NCBI GenBank assembly: GCA_000934665.2
Contig: KZ537988.1
Coordinates: 1-64,000, forward strand
Direction of reading: 5' to 3'
DNA: 64,000 bases
Source of the DNA: Catajapyx aquilonaris
Lineage: Eukaryota
Below, piece by piece: positions 52,260 to 64,000 of this stretch (its first letter is position 1; each line of letters starts with the position of its first letter). A model generated the notes under the pieces. The model did no database searches. It was given only the letters and a program-made list of their open reading frames with translations, and was not told the origin of the DNA. The position numbers were made by a program, and so were the translations under genes.

Positions 52260-53593
52260 CCCCCCCCCCCAGTCCGCTCGCAAGGAATTGCGAACATAAT
52301 AAACAGCAGCAGCCGGGCCAAATGTTTGTCCAGAGACATTCGTAAATATTTACTGGACTTGGGAGCTTTTGGGGTGGCGGCGGTGCTGCGGGAGGAAGTT
52401 GGCGCCCGTTCAGGATATTTGCTCAGCGCCGCTTGTTGTTGCCCCCTCCAGACATGTGAAACTGGACGACTACCTGCCTGTGATGCCGCTGCGGAGGTGG
52501 AAAAACGTACGTGGCGAGCAGGGACACCCTTTTTGTCTCCCTCTATAGCACCCTCTGCCTTTTGTAAATTCTATGCATGATTCACGAGAAGGAGAGCCCG
52601 CATGTAATACGCGTATCACTGCCCTTTTGCCAAGGTGGGTTAGTCCGTGCCAAATGCGTCGCACTCGGGATTGCACACGAATTTTTATGGCCCAGAGGCT
52701 TATTCGCCGTGCAGTGCGCGTACTGCACTTAGCATTGTACACTCTCCTCCCTTTGTAATAAGCGCCAGATTCCAATCGGCTGGTGCATGACTGCTTTAGG
52801 AAATGACTGCGGAAAGTCCTGTCACCCCCAAAAAGGTGGTATTTCCAAGAGTGATCGGGGCCTGCGGTCAGGCCCCAGGGCGAAGAAGTCTCCAGCAACA
52901 GGGAGAGAAACGGGTTGGTTTCGTAAGATGCACAAAACTGGCTTTTGAAGTCGTGGGCTCCACACTGGATGTGGCGGTAGGAAGGTCAGTTTACCCTTTC
53001 CAAACCGTACAGGTGGTTTGCGTAAACGTGTTGTTCTTATGACAATGGTGCAAATGAATCTAGCCGGCCGGGAATTCATGACCCAGATAATAAACAATAT
53101 CGGGCTGAAACCACTCCCTTATACAGTGAGAGGTACGGGCGAGTCGAGAAAATATTGTTATCGAGCCTCGAGATAATCAGTCACAGTTTCCAAAGTTAAA
53201 GCCGCTGGTAGATAATAGCAGCGACTGCGCAATATTTTTTACAAAAAGTGTTTACATGTTGACTAATCCCCAGAAACTTCGTAACACTGGTATATCCTGC
53301 CATTGCCGACATGTCCCAGATCGCCATAGATCCGCGAGCCTATTAATCATTCATCGACATATCCTGTGCTAATGTCTGCCGCTATTGTACTATTCATGTG
53401 ACAACAGACGCTATTATATATTTGATCCACCGCGTTTACTGGCACTTGAATCGTCACAATGTTGCTCTACCTTGTGCTAAACCTGCCATCATTATTATTA
53501 TATTTCAATGCATCATGCTGGGAGGTCAGAAAATACCCCCGATGTTGGCTACACACTATACTGTACGGATTACCGTGTTCAAGAAAATCGCAT

Positions 53594-53614
53594 GTCACGT
53601 GAATCACACGTGAC
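53594..53614. promoter_or_regulatory. Inverted pair of E-boxes GTCACGTG-N5-CACGTGAC
   Basis: Two CACGTG cores with symmetric GT/AC flanks, a bHLH-ZIP (USF/TFE/MITF) or CLOCK-type preference. Function is inferred. Confidence 0.35.
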
Positions 53615-54557
53615 GAATGCAGATGACTGTTGTTTGAGTGACAATCATCCCTGATCCGTTCCACACACAACACTACTTACGAACGTTTCAACGTTTCAAT
53701 TGCGGTACCCTCCACACACACAAAAAAAAAACCCACCATCCCTTCTGTACATAAAGGATTTTGTGACAGAAGTGGGGGGGACCGAAGAAAAAAATATCAG
53801 TTAATGTAAGCAAAAAAACAAACACAAGAGCTTCTTTTTTCGCAGTGCACATTCCCCCTTATCAATCACCCCTCGGGCTTTTGTGATTACAAGTTACAGG
53901 CCCGCGAGCCCTATCATAGTAATTACGGCTCTATAGTTACCCTCGGGTTTGATACTGAACCTCGGATCGAAAAAAAAAAAAAAAGTGGCCCAGCATAGGG
54001 AGAGGTGGGGGACTGCCGGGTGAGGTGGGTGGGGAGGGGGTGGATAGAAAAAAATAAAAATAAAAGGGCGGGCCATTTGCAAAGTGGCGCAGGGAATTTT
54101 CATGGCAACGCGGCTCGGCGGGGACTGAATATTTCAAGAGTTGAGGATTTGGGGGATAATCGCGTCCGTTTGACGAATTGAAAGCAGGTGGGGGTAATAT
54201 TGTTGGGGTTGGCAGTGGCGGGGGTCCCCCGTCGCTGTCATGTGTATGCCCGCCCCCCCCCCCCCAAACCAACCAACCAACCCCCCCGATCCTCTATGTA
54301 CGTGTGCCTACATGGACCAGAAGGTGGGTGCAACGGGGGGTTAAACTCCCTGCACGTGCTATTGAAGTCACCTCACATTGTTGGATCATGATGGCATCGA
54401 CGATCAAAGCCACTGGAGCTCGAACAACAGCCGCTCGCTCGACAATGGCCTAAACAAAAATTGTCTTCGGGTCAAGAATTCTCCCCTCTCCCCCAGAGAA
54501 TTAATCACCCTACCGCGATGGAAGATAGCGTTGATCTCCAAATGTGCCCCCCCGTTC

Positions 54558-54597
54558 AAAAAAAAAAAAAANTAAAAAAAAAAAAAAAAAAAAAAAA
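54558..54597 (+). repeat. Poly(A) tract of about 40 nt, interrupted by N at 54572 and T at 54573
   Basis: Directly visible; true length uncertain because of the N. Confidence 0.85.
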
Positions 54598-57500
54598 GCG
54601 GAATAAATTAAACAAAGCATGTAATCTCGCAATTATCGGTACAAAATTCGAACATCGCTCCGTAAAATTACATGGAGCGAGTCGGCGTGATCTTTCATCT
54701 GTCAGGTGATCGACTCCTCGGGTTAATTATAGCCAGTCCAGTTTCTCATAAAACGGGATTTGAGATCCCATTTCCATAATGGGATAATAATCTCAGGGGA
54801 AAAATAATACCCCCCCTTGTTTTTATTTTTCCACCTGGGCAAAACCGTCACCTTGACACTGGAATGCCGGTGGAAGAATGCACTCCTCACGAAGATGACT
54901 GCCAATAGAGAGCGAAAGCGCAGGAAAGAGACTGAACCCCCGCCGCGACAAGTTCCTGCTTCTAAGCGATCAAATTACCCGACATTCTATTCATGCCAGG
55001 TGTAATTCCATGGGAACAAGTCACGACTATTTGTGCCGACCGTTTGCAATAGCCTATTGCCGACCCAAACGGCCCGGGCACGTATTTCCTTATCCCTCCT
55101 CACACTACCTTATAACACTATTTCCCCCAGACTATTTATAAAACCTTCAAACAGTGTAATTATCTTCCTCCGCCTAATGGCTCTTCCCAGAAAGTAAGGA
55201 GCTCCCAATCTTAACCCTGTAAGGACACAACCCCCCAAAAAACTGGGAGGCTTACGCATGAAAATTTAATGCCCAGCTTTTGTTTTTCCTTTTCCGTCAG
55301 ACTGGCGGAGTTCCCCGTGAATTATTCAGTTTGCTCCCTGGTCGGTACAAAAGAAACTGGAGGAAGAAAAAAAAAAAATGACACGTGATACTCGTCTCCA
55401 AGTTGGCATTGGCATGTTTCCCAACGTTTTTATCTACGAACAGAATCCTTTTAAATGCAGTTTGCTCTGATACCACCTCCTTTAGATAATGGATGGATTA
55501 ACACCTTAACATGATAACCTATCGTTCTGTTTTTTTGCCAGTAGCGGATGCAAAAAAACAGACCCAGGTCTCCGTTACGTCACACATGACAACCCCACGA
55601 TCGGTGAGCCCCGACGCGGAAATAACCATCCCTTTTATCCATACCTCTATTTTCCCTGGACCCCAAGCCATCTTGTACTGCAGGGGAGTATCAAAGGAGC
55701 CCCGCTGGACGGAACTGTGCCTTGGAGAGACAGAGAATAAAAAATATACCCCAGCAACCAGAACTCTGGGATGAAAAGGCCCGAGCTGGATGGGGTCTCC
55801 CCAAATCGTCTCTTGCGATGCCTTTTTACTACCAGGATATCGCCCCTCGTCTACCTCCTTTTTCCCTAGCACATGAGGATTAATACCGCAGCTTCCCCCT
55901 TTACAGATTGTTTGTCCACTGCCATGCCCCTGGTGAAGCTAAGAAAAATATTGGTCTCCCGGGACAATTCTGTGTGGGTAGTTGTGTGCCACGTGATGTT
56001 GAAGGATTGCATAATATTTTTAATGTCTGACGTAAAGCCTTTTTCGCATGTTAGCACCAGAGCAAAAACCGGCTATGAATCAGGTAAAAGAGGTTCGCTG
56101 CGCAATAGAGTCAGTCTGGTCCAGCTGATCAAGCCGTATATTTTCCACACAAACAGATGAAGGTTATATCACTCAAACCTTGGTATGTGTATCATAACAC
56201 ACTTTCGCGCGTGTTAGTGACTAAAATAAATGTGCAATAACACGCATTTCAGTGAACAAAGTGAGCACACAGTTTTGAGGGCAATCTTATTGTTGCGCAC
56301 TGGGTTGTAAAAGTCTGGATTGAGTTGGAATTCAATAACCACCATTTGGGAACGAGGTCTGTCATCAATAGATACAGGCATGCACATTATATGGTAGCTA
56401 CGCCATTCCTGATGAGAAGTGGGGCTCAGGCAGTAACCCCCTCCAGGGAGGAAAAGGACGGGAAATGCCTTTCTCTGACCCTCCGGGTCAGAACCTCAGA
56501 GGGCGGAGAAATTCCCCTCCTCCTCCTTCCCCTCCCTCCCACCCTTCCTCCAAAAGGTTCACATTCCGCTCAGTAAACCTCCTTCAAGAAGGTCAGAACT
56601 TCTCGCCCAAAAACCCTCCAGTTTACTAATAGCTGCATCTTTTTTTCCCCCTACTCTCCCTGTTCCAAAACCTCCAGCCAGCAACAACTGGTGGGGTCCT
56701 CCACTTCTTGGAAAGCGAAATAAACGACAATTTGGAGCACATGCCACTTGGGAGGGAAACTAGTTGTTTCGTGGACTCAAAATGAAGGTGGAGGAACCCG
56801 CTCGGCCACTCCAAGTTTCCTGACAAAGACAAATTTGGCCAACCCCCCCTTGGCACACGTGACCCACCAACCAAAATGTGCAACACACCGCTCCAATTGT
56901 TACACAACCGTAATTTTAAAAATGTAACGATGCCAGACCGATGACGAATTCAGAGACCCAACTCCACGGTCCGTCCCTGCTGTTGTAAGTTGAGGAAATG
57001 ACCTCTTGGCAGGGGCCCCTCTCCTGTCCATCCGCGGATTGAGTCCGTGTTCCATCTGCCAGCATCTTGGAGGAGACGAGACTTCCCAGCTACTTGACAA
57101 TGCCCATCAAATCCCAGCCAACGACACAACTTGGACATTTACTTTCCTTTGCCGCTGATTTATGAGCCTTAACTTTGTAGGCACCCATCTTGATAACCGT
57201 GGAATAGGACAGATTTGCTTGGGGTATCTCCGGATAGCCACTAAGTGATTAGTAATTGTGCCGCCAACAGTTTAACGTGTTTTATGAAGAGATTAACTCC
57301 GAAATAGGTCTCTCACTGACTCCCATTCTCCCCGTTTTTCCCCCAGCTCTGGCCCTGTATTTTTTTACGACGACTGCTACGACTCGTAAAAATTCCCTGA
57401 ATCATATTTGAGACGTCATGGGGCCGGGATTTACTTTTATCAGGCGAGTTGGGATGAAAAAACAGCAGGCCACGTGAAGCTAGCGTGTGCTGTTTTAACC

Positions 57501-60500
57501 TATCTGCTTGATTCCGATTACCAGGTTATGATGGACGACCTCACTAGGTCATCTAACCTGACCCTATTGTGGACAACTTTTTTTCGGCTAGACAGCAAAG
57601 TCTTCCCTATATGTACCACACGAGTGCTACACAAGGTAACACAGGACAGGGCACGGACAGTCCGTGCAAGCCCACAAATATTATTATAATCCCCGAAGAG
57701 AGCACAACAGCCGACCTTGTCTAGCCCACATGCGTTGGGAGTACACACGATACCAAAATTCACACCAGTCGAGAGTTTCACCCACCATTTCTGACAAATG
57801 GTCAATCTAGTCGGACTCACACATGAACCCCAAACTCATCTGAGCGTAAGTGGCAGAAAGTGTGGGAAACTCTCTCGACGTGGTCCCCAAAAAGCAGTCA
57901 CCGCCGAAAACCTTGACCGTGAGAAGTGTGGACCATGGCTTGAGTTTTGTTGAGGAGGTGGAGGATACAGAAGGAAGGAGAGAGAGGAGGAGGAGAAGGA
58001 GGGGTGCCCGTTGTGAACCCAGTGGAGCGAGTTGCAACCAAGAGAAGGCAAACCCCCCAACTACTACCCCTCTATCCCCAATTCTCCCCTCTTCCATTCC
58101 CTTCTTCTTCGTCTCGCTCCCCTTCTGCCCAACCCCCCTGCTGGCAACCTCTCGCCGTTGCCAGGTCCACCCCGCACTGCTGCCAGTGCTTCGGGATGGC
58201 CGGACGGACACCCCCTAAGCACGAGCCACAATAATCAAACCATGTTCCAAAAATCAAAGAGGTCCATCCCGTCACTCTTCGCTGCTGTCCCCATGATCAA
58301 CCGAGATGGCGCTGACGGAAACGGGTTCTTTTTCTTTCTTTTTTTTCCATCTTCGTCTAGGCTGGTTTTGTGGCGTGTCTTATTGCCTTTCCGGCCGTCA
58401 CAACGATGAACCTTGATACCCCGGCGCTCGCAAAAATCGGGAAAGAGAGAGGGCTGCTGATGGTAAAACTCATCCTCCACACGTGCCCCGGGGCATTGTG
58501 CAAAAATGCAACGCACTTGCATGCACTTGGTTAGCAGAGCTTATATTATTTATGCTTCCACTTCATGGACAGCATATTTCAGCAAGGGTATGTTTGCAAA
58601 ATTACCGTGACGTCAAGTAAACGTATTAACTAACCGCTCGAGATGTTTCGGCAACTGAGGCACAATGGGCACCCAGTAGTCCTGGGATATACACAAGGTC
58701 AAAAACCCCATAACAGTGAGGGGATGGCTGGTGGTTAATCCATCCCCAGCTGATTTGCGCGGCCATTTCCTCCAGCTGACTATTTATTACTTACACCACT
58801 GTTTAGATATTCAGCTTTTGTCCGTCTTGTGATTCATCGGAGGGGAACCATTGTGGTTGTTATAGCCTGGCCATTTCGGATGGCACACTGGGCCGGCTGG
58901 TGGTAGGAGGTAGGGGTGCTCTAAAATGGACTGTGGAATCGATGCCAAATGGTAGGCCGTCGCATTCGCTCAGATCGTATCGATACTAAAATAATCAGGG
59001 AATGATTAAATCATGCCCCCTGTGTACGTTTGCGGCCCGCAATATTATTTTAATGGCGCTCGGCTGTATGGGGCTTTCGGCCCTTTTGACTGCCGCTGAA
59101 TCCAGGCCGCCCTCCGCCCCCACCCACCCACTCCTCCCCCATTATTAAATTATCGTCGGACTTTTACTATTTGCAAGATGGCACGATTTGCATAGATGAC
59201 CCGCTGATAAAATCCAGGGGGGCCACGTCCGCCTCTCTTTCCTGTAATTTGTTTCCAATATTTGTTCCCAAAATTTTCTATCCCAACTATATTTTCGAAT
59301 ATCAATCAAGAATGGAGGGGGGATGGCAATTGATTTGAAACTAGCGCCACGCCACCCTCCTGAATAATTTGTGCGACGGTAGAGCAACGTCAATTGGATG
59401 GCGTATCACAGTCACCATGTAAATATACCAGGGGGGTGGGCCCGGGGGTCCAACTTTTTTTTCTTTTTTTCTTTTTTGCAGGGAGGCCTCATTCCAGAGG
59501 CCTTCTGTCACTCTTTCGGAGGCCTCCTTGGCATCTTTGATACAGGGGTTAGGGAATGAAAAAAAATGAAGAAAATAAAAATACCGCGTGTGGTAGAAGC
59601 AGCCAAACTGGAGGGTGGGGGAGGGGTGGAAGGAGGCTAAATTTATCACATTTTTTCCTCCAGAAATATACCCGGCGTGAAATAGGAGGCTCTGATCTAG
59701 AGCTTTGGGCTCGCGCAACTTGGTTAATGGTGTGCGACGCGAATAACTTTCGTTTAGCACGTCGTGCGTTTGTTGGTCGCTACACCCGGTCGTCTTATTG
59801 GACACCAGCCCGATTAATTTTTCAGGCACTACACACGGGTCCGTACCCTCTGGGGTACCACCAGCCACCACTCCAAACCGATCCGCCAAATGCATATTGG
59901 CACTAATTTCAATTTCCCCGGGCGAGGCCCCGGCAGATACCCCTAAAATTACCCCAAAAAATACCGAGAAAAATCGGTAACAGTCTTACTCAGCTTTTCA
60001 CGTAACCATTTTGCATGCACGCTAATAATTCATCACGTGCACGTGTGGCGCAGAAATCTATACAATTTGCTGCCCATTGATCGTCGCATGGAAAGTGAAC
60101 ATTAACATACGTGCTCGAGTGACAGTCGGTTTCGGTCTAGATAGTCCCCACCAGCGGGGTTAGAAAACCTTAACTTCTATTGTGCAGCCAAAATACACGC
60201 ACCGCGATAACCCACCCTCATAAAAATGCTAAAGTCTCATTTATTTGCCTCGCAATATTTCCTCCCTTATCTGATGAAAGGGGTTACCTGCCCAAAAATT
60301 TTCTGCTGGCTGCAGTCGAGAAAAAAAAACAATGGCCCAAAGGGCAACCGGTGTGAGAGCTAAATCGGTGAGATAATAGCAAGGTTTAAAAAATGAATGC
60401 CTCTATTTTTTTTTTCGACCTCTCTTTCTCTCTATGAAAAAGATGGGGGTCCTTGATGCAAGCCGAGTCCATGTGTTTGGTGCTCTTTAACAATCCCTGA

Positions 60501-63500
60501 ACTGCCTATCAGAAGGGATGGAAGCTTTTGCTGCATGGCGCTCATCAAAATTTAATGAAATTCCCGAAGCCGGCAGCTTGCTTCAGTCCTTCAATTCCGC
60601 CTGCGGTTTTCGAGGTGGAATCGCACTTGGCGCTGTTAAAACCCACCGGCGAATAAACGTGCGGATGAAGAGGGGGTGGAATTAAAATCGCCCTTACACC
60701 TCCTGCAGTCGTCGCCTTGACGTACCCCCTCTGCCCACCCGTGGAAATTAGAAACATTACCGTTCTGTTTATTACTTTGGAGATGAATGCCGGGTTACTC
60801 GCCATTTTACTACACCTTCCGGAAAAGAGAGGAGGGGGGAGGAAATCACCCACACGAATGGTGCGGGTGCCATGATCTTCAGATTTTACATTGTGCTAGA
60901 TGCGTGGATTGATATCCAGAACGTTCCGGTGCGTGCGAAACGCCACCAAAATATTGTAAACAGACCAAATGACAACACAACACGGCGATAACTTTTCCTC
61001 ATCCGTTAGCGCCATCCGGCTTAAAATACTGGCATTGTGATACGGCCATTGTGAAGGTGCGCCGGTACATATTTCGAAACATCCTCCCTCGCCTGGCATT
61101 TCAACAAACTGATATGCATTCTGCCCCCCACATATACCCCTACCTCCCTTCCCCAAAAACACACTCAATAGCGCGCAATGTGTTTATGCGACACCCCCCT
61201 CCCTCCCCCGTTCCACACACTCCCGACTTTCATTCATTACGCATGTAAATAGACTACGTGACGCCCTATGTGACATTGCCTGCCTGCAGCTGAAGGAAGG
61301 TCGCAAAAATGAGGCAAAATAGATCCCACTTCAAGGACTCTCCCAGCTTTTTTTTTTTACGTTACCACTGATGTAGTTGTGTAACATGCATTAGTAATCT
61401 CTGCATGATCGTCATCCAGCAGCGTACAAAAATATGTGCCTATTCCCCCCCATGTCGTTTCCCTACGTGCGCAGGCTGCCACATCCCACTATTCAATTTC
61501 CTTTCAAAAAATTTCCGAGTGTCTCCCCCAACAAGCCAACTTTTCTGGGGGCCACTTTCTTCGGGAGCCCTCCTGCTGCTCTCTTCTTTCCAAAGTGGAC
61601 AATGGAAATCGAAGCACCGGTCGTGGGCAATGGTCAAGGATTTAGTTGAGAGGCCTTCAAGCGAGACTGGAAGAGTCCAAAGTAGTTAGGAATAGGGGAG
61701 AAGGTCGTCCTCAAACATATTCCATAAAAATTTTCTCGGCGTCTTACGACGACTTCGCTTTGCTTACATCCCTGCTTTTCACTATAACAAAGAGTGTAGA
61801 ACCAAACTTGGTTCACTTCCGTATGAAAACATCACATGGGCAATGTTTGATACAACAAGCGCACTCCGACAACACGTGGATGTTTACCATACGCCATATG
61901 TTGTGATGGCGATACACATCTGCGAGCAGAAATTAAAACAACTATCATTATTATTTGCGAGCCCCATTTCAAACTGAACACCTATACATGGGCGTGAAAT
62001 AATGCAAAGATCACCCTGAGCAGCCAGTACCAAGAGCCGTTTGTTCCTACATCGTTGGAAATATTCATTACACTACAGATATGAGCGTCGCATTGTTTTG
62101 TATGTTACATCAGTATATTCTCGTCATACATGTATGTTCGTCTGTGCCTCATACATTTATACTGCGCAATATATACGCACGTGTCAGGTGTAAGTAGGTC
62201 TGCTCGGTATATTTTAAAATAATTTTGTGCCCTATCTGTTCCAACAGTACTTTTTAAAGATATTGACATAAACATTACTCACCATTGTCAACAAGACTGT
62301 GCATGCAGCATTAGAATAATATTCGCTAAATTACTAGCCAATTTTCAAATTGATAATTTCAGCATTTTTGAACATTACCCATATGTGCAGAATCCCCACA
62401 CCCAGCAAGAATATATCTTCAGCAAAGCCCAAAAAAGCCCCTAATTTTTAACACAGCATAATTTCATTGCCCATTGTTAACCCCAGCGCCAACGTGAAAC
62501 ACCCTGCTGGCACAACAAAATTCACGCTCCTAGTCGCAGGTGCAACAACAACACGCCAAAAAGCAGGGGTGTATATAACACTCCTTGTCCCGCTTTTTTT
62601 TCCCCAGGACCAGACCTAGGATGGCGGCCAGTGTGGAGGGAGGGGGTGGCGGCAAATTGTGCAGCTTTTACCCAAGAGTGGATTTATAGGGCGCTGTGGG
62701 CTGCGTTTTGAGGTTCATAACCCGGGGGTTGCAATGAGTTAATAAGCAACACACTATTAGGCTGCTCCATTTGTTTCCCCACGATTTGTCACTCCCACGA
62801 GCTAAGTGGCGCCTTCCTCGCCCCCTGGGTGAATAATAGAGCCCGAATGCCCGCAGATAAAATTGTAATCGCTCTTGGCTTTAGCTGGGCGTTTACTTCC
62901 ACTACTGCACGAGGAGGAGAGCAGAGGAGGGGGTAGAGAGAAAAAAGTAAGATGGAAGAGGAGGATGGGAGGCTATTTTCAGCACCTGTTGGCCAGAATG
63001 AGCCCACAGAAATATCCCCCCCGACTTATGAGTTGGTGGCTCTCCCATGTTATCCTTTGAGATGCCAAGAAACTCAAAGGGGACGGTAGAGAGAGACAGA
63101 GAGCGGGTGAGAAATAAGGGGGNGGGTGGGGGAAGAGATGGCCATATTGTCCTCAATTGCGTCACATGGTGGGGGCACTTTCACCTTAGTCCCTTCTGGG
63201 GGCGACTCTACGTCTTGGCGATTTTTCTGTGTCACGTCTCTCGCATCATGATCCGTAAAATCGCCGTTTGGAAGGTCGAGTTTTGTCTTATGAGTAGCCA
63301 GCATGCGATTACTGCGCTTGCTATGGCATTTAAAATTTAAATGTGCCACGCCCCTCAAGAAATAAATGGGAGGCTACACCTCACGTAGTGCTAAGTGGTG
63401 AAAATGCTAATGACACATAATTACCGGTATGTATATGGTAAATGCAGCTGGTTTCACTTTTTCACACTTGTAACCGAACTGTTTTCACACACAACAATTT

Positions 63501-64000
63501 TTTTACTTATCTAATCCCATAATCATCACAGCATTAAAAGACTAGCGGGTTTCCACACACTCAACATATGCATTTTTTCCACAATCATTTTGCCTGCGAA
63601 TAAAGCATCGCGCTAAATGCACAGCTAATGAATCTCAAACTGCCGTCAGTCAATCCATCGGAATGCATCACTAGTTGACCACAATTGAGGTCACTATCAG
63701 GAATTACGCTATCTGGCCTCTTCACAGCAAACACATGTAATTGCTGATAAAACCGTTCCGACTTACGCAAATAGGACTCGTGTTCGAGTTATCTCCTATT
63801 AGGATTTTTTGCGCCCATGCGGCTAAACAAACAGGGGTCAGAGAAAATTAATACTGTATGTTTGTCACACTACTAGTCCTTAAAAATTTCGACAGTAAAA
63901 GCGGTGATTGTCAACCCACATCACTAAACGTTCGGGGAGTGTTCATGACCCAAAATAATTATCAACATGACGCGAAAAAGCAACGCTCGTTGTGTTTATG

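Larger units (their letters stand above)
1..64000 (-). other. Non-coding region, probably (largely) a very long intron of an unidentified minus-strand gene, with regulatory-like blocks
   Basis: No recognisable protein-coding ORF in six frames. Two strong AG|GT recursive splice motifs lie on the minus strand. By eye the + strand has more C-runs and A-runs (G/T-rich minus strand), the usual intronic sense-strand skew; this was not quantified. Intron status is inference. Confidence 0.5.

Noticed and set aside
53140..53180. CGAGAAAATATTGTTATCGAGCCTCGAGATAATC resembles a pogo/Tigger MITE end
   Set aside because: Too short and degenerate, with no matching opposite TIR.
55256..55356. 101-nt minus-strand segment between a strong acceptor and TGC|GTAAGC
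   Set aside because: Stops in all three frames and a weak exonic side of the donor; typical pseudo-exon.
60280..60310. Minus strand ATTTTTGGGCAG|GTAACC, about 28 kb upstream of RS site 2; similarly TTTTTCCCCAG|GTAACA near 5446
   Set aside because: The spacing is tempting, but the tracts are poor or short, the donors are non-consensus at +5, and no RS-exon donor follows.
1..64000. Prokaryotic-type systems (CRISPR arrays, operons, defence islands, rRNA/tRNA)
   Set aside because: No regularly spaced direct repeats, no gene-dense ORFs and no structural RNA signatures; the sequence is eukaryotic non-coding DNA.

Overview
This is eukaryotic (metazoan-looking), essentially non-coding DNA, not prokaryotic. 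None of the listed ORFs resembles a protein family I can recognise, and I see no rRNA, tRNA, CRISPR array or transposase. GC-richer, CpG-retaining blocks full of C/G homopolymers and TAAT/ATTA motifs alternate with AT-rich spacers that carry transposon relics. The composition is reminiscent of an invertebrate chordate or deuterostome such as amphioxus, but the organism cannot be determined from sequence alone. The strongest structural signal is two near-identical recursive-splice-site (ratchet point) motifs on the minus strand, about 30 kb apart (junctions 31918/31917 and 1931/1930). Each is a pyrimidine tract + CAG|GTAAGC followed about 50 nt later by a second donor. This suggests much of the window lies in a very large intron of a minus-strand gene that is removed stepwise. 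Also clear are a 465-bp MITE with perfect 20-bp TIRs (17475-17939) and at least nine perfect CRE palindromes (TGACGTCA). Candidate enhancer or insulator motif clusters (T-box, Otx-type homeodomain, paired E-box, CTCF) are present, and there are four N-containing assembly uncertainties. All motif searches were done by eye and are not exhaustive.
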